DNA of 64,000 nucleotides. Origin: Bacteroidaceae bacterium. GTDB taxonomy: Bacteria; Actinomycetota; Coriobacteriia; Coriobacteriales; Coriobacteriaceae. A program made the position numbers and the translations under genes. The notes below the pieces were generated by a model that worked only from the letters and a program-made list of their open reading frames with translations, did no database searches and was not told the origin of the DNA. The stretch lies in assembly GCA_963630805.1 (NCBI GenBank), contig CAVGNZ010000051.1, positions 43,255 to 107,254 on the forward strand, in the 5' to 3' direction. Positions within the stretch are counted from its first letter, which is position 1, and each line of letters begins with the position of its first letter. Shown here one piece after another: positions 62,763-64,000 of this stretch.

Positions 62763-63347
62763 TTGAATTTCGCGACCGTTAAATATTTCGATATCGCAAA
62801 CGGCGAGGGCGTGCGCACCTCGCTGTTCGTGAGCGGCTGTCGTCGCGGGTGCAAGAACTGCTTTAACTCTGTGGCCTGGGATTTCGCTGCAGGCGAGCCG
62901 TTTGATGCGAGCGTTGAGGAAGAGATCCTCAAGAGCTTGGACCACCCGTTTTGCGACGGTCTCTCGATTCTGGGCGGCGAGCCCATGGAGCCCGAGAACC
63001 AGACGGGGCTGGTTGGGTTCGTCGAGCGCGTGCGCCGCGCGTATCCGCGGGGTGCCGGCAAGACCATCTGGTGCTACACGGGCGACACGCTGGAGGAGCT
63101 CATGTTGGGTGGGCGCCATCATACCGAGGTCACCGACCGTCTGCTTGCGGCGCTGGACATTCTGGTCGACGGGCCGTTCGTGCAGGAGCTCTACGACATC
63201 TCCCTGCGCTTTCGCGGCTCTTCCAACCAGCGCGTGATCGATATGGACGCCACGCGTGCGGCCGCGGCAAAGGCCGGCGTGCCGCTTTCGCAAGCCGTGG
63301 TGCTGTGGCAAGATGAGACGGTCTACAGCACGCATTCGATGGAATAG
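62763..63347 (+). CDS. nrdG: Anaerobic ribonucleotide reductase activating protein (radical SAM)
   Basis: FDIANGEGVRTSLFVSGCRRGCKNCFN (CxxxCxxC). TTG start. Confidence 0.88.
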   Translation: MNFATVKYFDIANGEGVRTSLFVSGCRRGCKNCFNSVAWDFAAGEPFDASVEEEILKSLDHPFCDGLSILGGEPMEPENQTGLVGFVERVRRAYPRGAGKTIWCYTGDTLEELMLGGRHHTEVTDRLLAALDILVDGPFVQELYDISLRFRGSSNQRVIDMDATRAAAAKAGVPLSQAVVLWQDETVYSTHSME

Positions 63348-63359
63348 GGATTTAGGCTC

Positions 63360-63920
63360 ATGGTCGATCAGCAAAAGGTTGAGCAGGCGGTTCGTCTGCT
63401 TCTTGAGGGCATCGGCGAGGACCCGACGCGCGAGGGGCTCATCGAGACGCCGGCGCGTGTGGCCCGCATGTACACCGAGCTGGCCGGCGGCATGGACCAA
63501 GACGCGCAAGAGCATCTCTCTCGCACGTTCTCGGTCGTCTCGAACGACCTGGTGATCGAGCGCGACATCACGTTCTACTCTATGTGCGAGCATCACATGC
63601 TGCCTTTTTACGGGCGCGCGACCATCGGCTATATCCCCAACGGCCGCGTGGCGGGCCTCTCCAAGCTGGCGCGTACCGTGGAGGTGTTCGCACGCCGCCT
63701 GCAGCTGCAGGAGCAGCTGACCGCTCAGATCGCCGACGCGCTGATGGAGCACCTGGCACCGCAGGGCGCGATCGTGATGCTCGAGGCCGAGCACATGTGC
63801 ATGACCATGCGTGGAGTGCAAAAGCCGGGTACCCAGACGGTCACGCTTGCGCGCCGCGGCGTGTTCGAGACTGACCCGGCTCTGGAAGAGCGCTTCTTCA
63901 ACATGCTTTCCCGCGGCTAG
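63360..63920 (+). CDS. folE: GTP cyclohydrolase I
   Basis: [28 protein letters not shown] and the HMCMTMRGV motif. Confidence 0.93.
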   Translation: MVDQQKVEQAVRLLLEGIGEDPTREGLIETPARVARMYTELAGGMDQDAQEHLSRTFSVVSNDLVIERDITFYSMCEHHMLPFYGRATIGYIPNGRVAGLSKLARTVEVFARRLQLQEQLTAQIADALMEHLAPQGAIVMLEAEHMCMTMRGVQKPGTQTVTLARRGVFETDPALEERFFNMLSRG

Positions 63921-64000
63921 GGGAGTGCCGTGGCCGACCTGACCTTGACCCACGTTATGCCGCGTGTCGACGCCGTCTGGCGCGCCGCCGCCTTTCAGGC

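Noticed and set aside
63930-64000. Start of another gene after folE (GTG 63930, VADLTLTHVMPRVDAVW...)
   Set aside because: Only about 23 codons are visible, which is too little to call a CDS or a product. A fol-operon gene is plausible on position alone.

Overview
The window is a high-GC chromosomal segment that looks like it comes from a Gram-positive anaerobe. My guess is Coriobacteriia/Actinomycetota, based on GC content, Tat-type lipoprotein signals on the solute-binding proteins, nrdDG and buk; this was not verified. Coding is dense and mostly on the + strand. I found no transposase, integrase, phage genes or CRISPR array.

Gene content, left to right:
- rnr (3' fragment), a TPR-like protein and smpB.
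- gltBD (glutamate synthase).
- Locus A: a PucR-family regulator divergent from a CocE/NonD hydrolase, an MFS transporter, a carrier protein (ACP-like), a phosphotransacylase, a small membrane protein, a butyrate-kinase-family kinase and an AEC transporter.
- A DUF559-like protein, followed by a repeat-rich non-coding stretch.
- serC-serA on the minus strand.
- An AT-richer islet carrying a ParE/RelE toxin-antitoxin pair and a large polytopic membrane protein.
- secG, then a TIGR04076-family protein and an aldo/keto reductase.
- A peptide uptake region: an orphan substrate-binding protein, an M24 peptidase, then a second substrate-binding protein with oppBCDF-like genes.
- A hairpin-containing tandem repeat and a secreted hypothetical protein.
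- tRNA-Leu.
- A PAS-GAF-PP2C phosphatase followed by a fused STAS-HATPase protein.
- tRNA-Gly, tRNA-Cys and tRNA-Gly, plus a duplicated tRNA-Gly 3' end.
- A HAD hydrolase and tRNA-Val.
- Locus B: a TetR regulator, a thiolase-like protein, a DUF35 protein, a carrier protein, a phosphotransacylase, a butyrate-kinase-family kinase and an MFS transporter.
- A P-II protein followed by potABCD.
- An OCD/mu-crystallin-like protein, a four-gene HcnABC/PDH1-like flavoenzyme set and an Fe-alcohol dehydrogenase.
- NrdR boxes, nrdD and nrdG.
- folE.

The most interesting signal is the carrier-protein / phosphotransacylase / acyl-kinase triad. It occurs twice, about 30 kb apart, each time with a different bond-cleaving enzyme and its own regulator and transporter, and with no CoA-handling or fatty-acid-synthase genes nearby. 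This suggests a CoA-independent route linking a carrier-protein thioester to acyl-phosphate and ATP. That reading is inference only.

The many very long minus-strand ORFs in the track are GC-driven shadow ORFs, and I rejected them.
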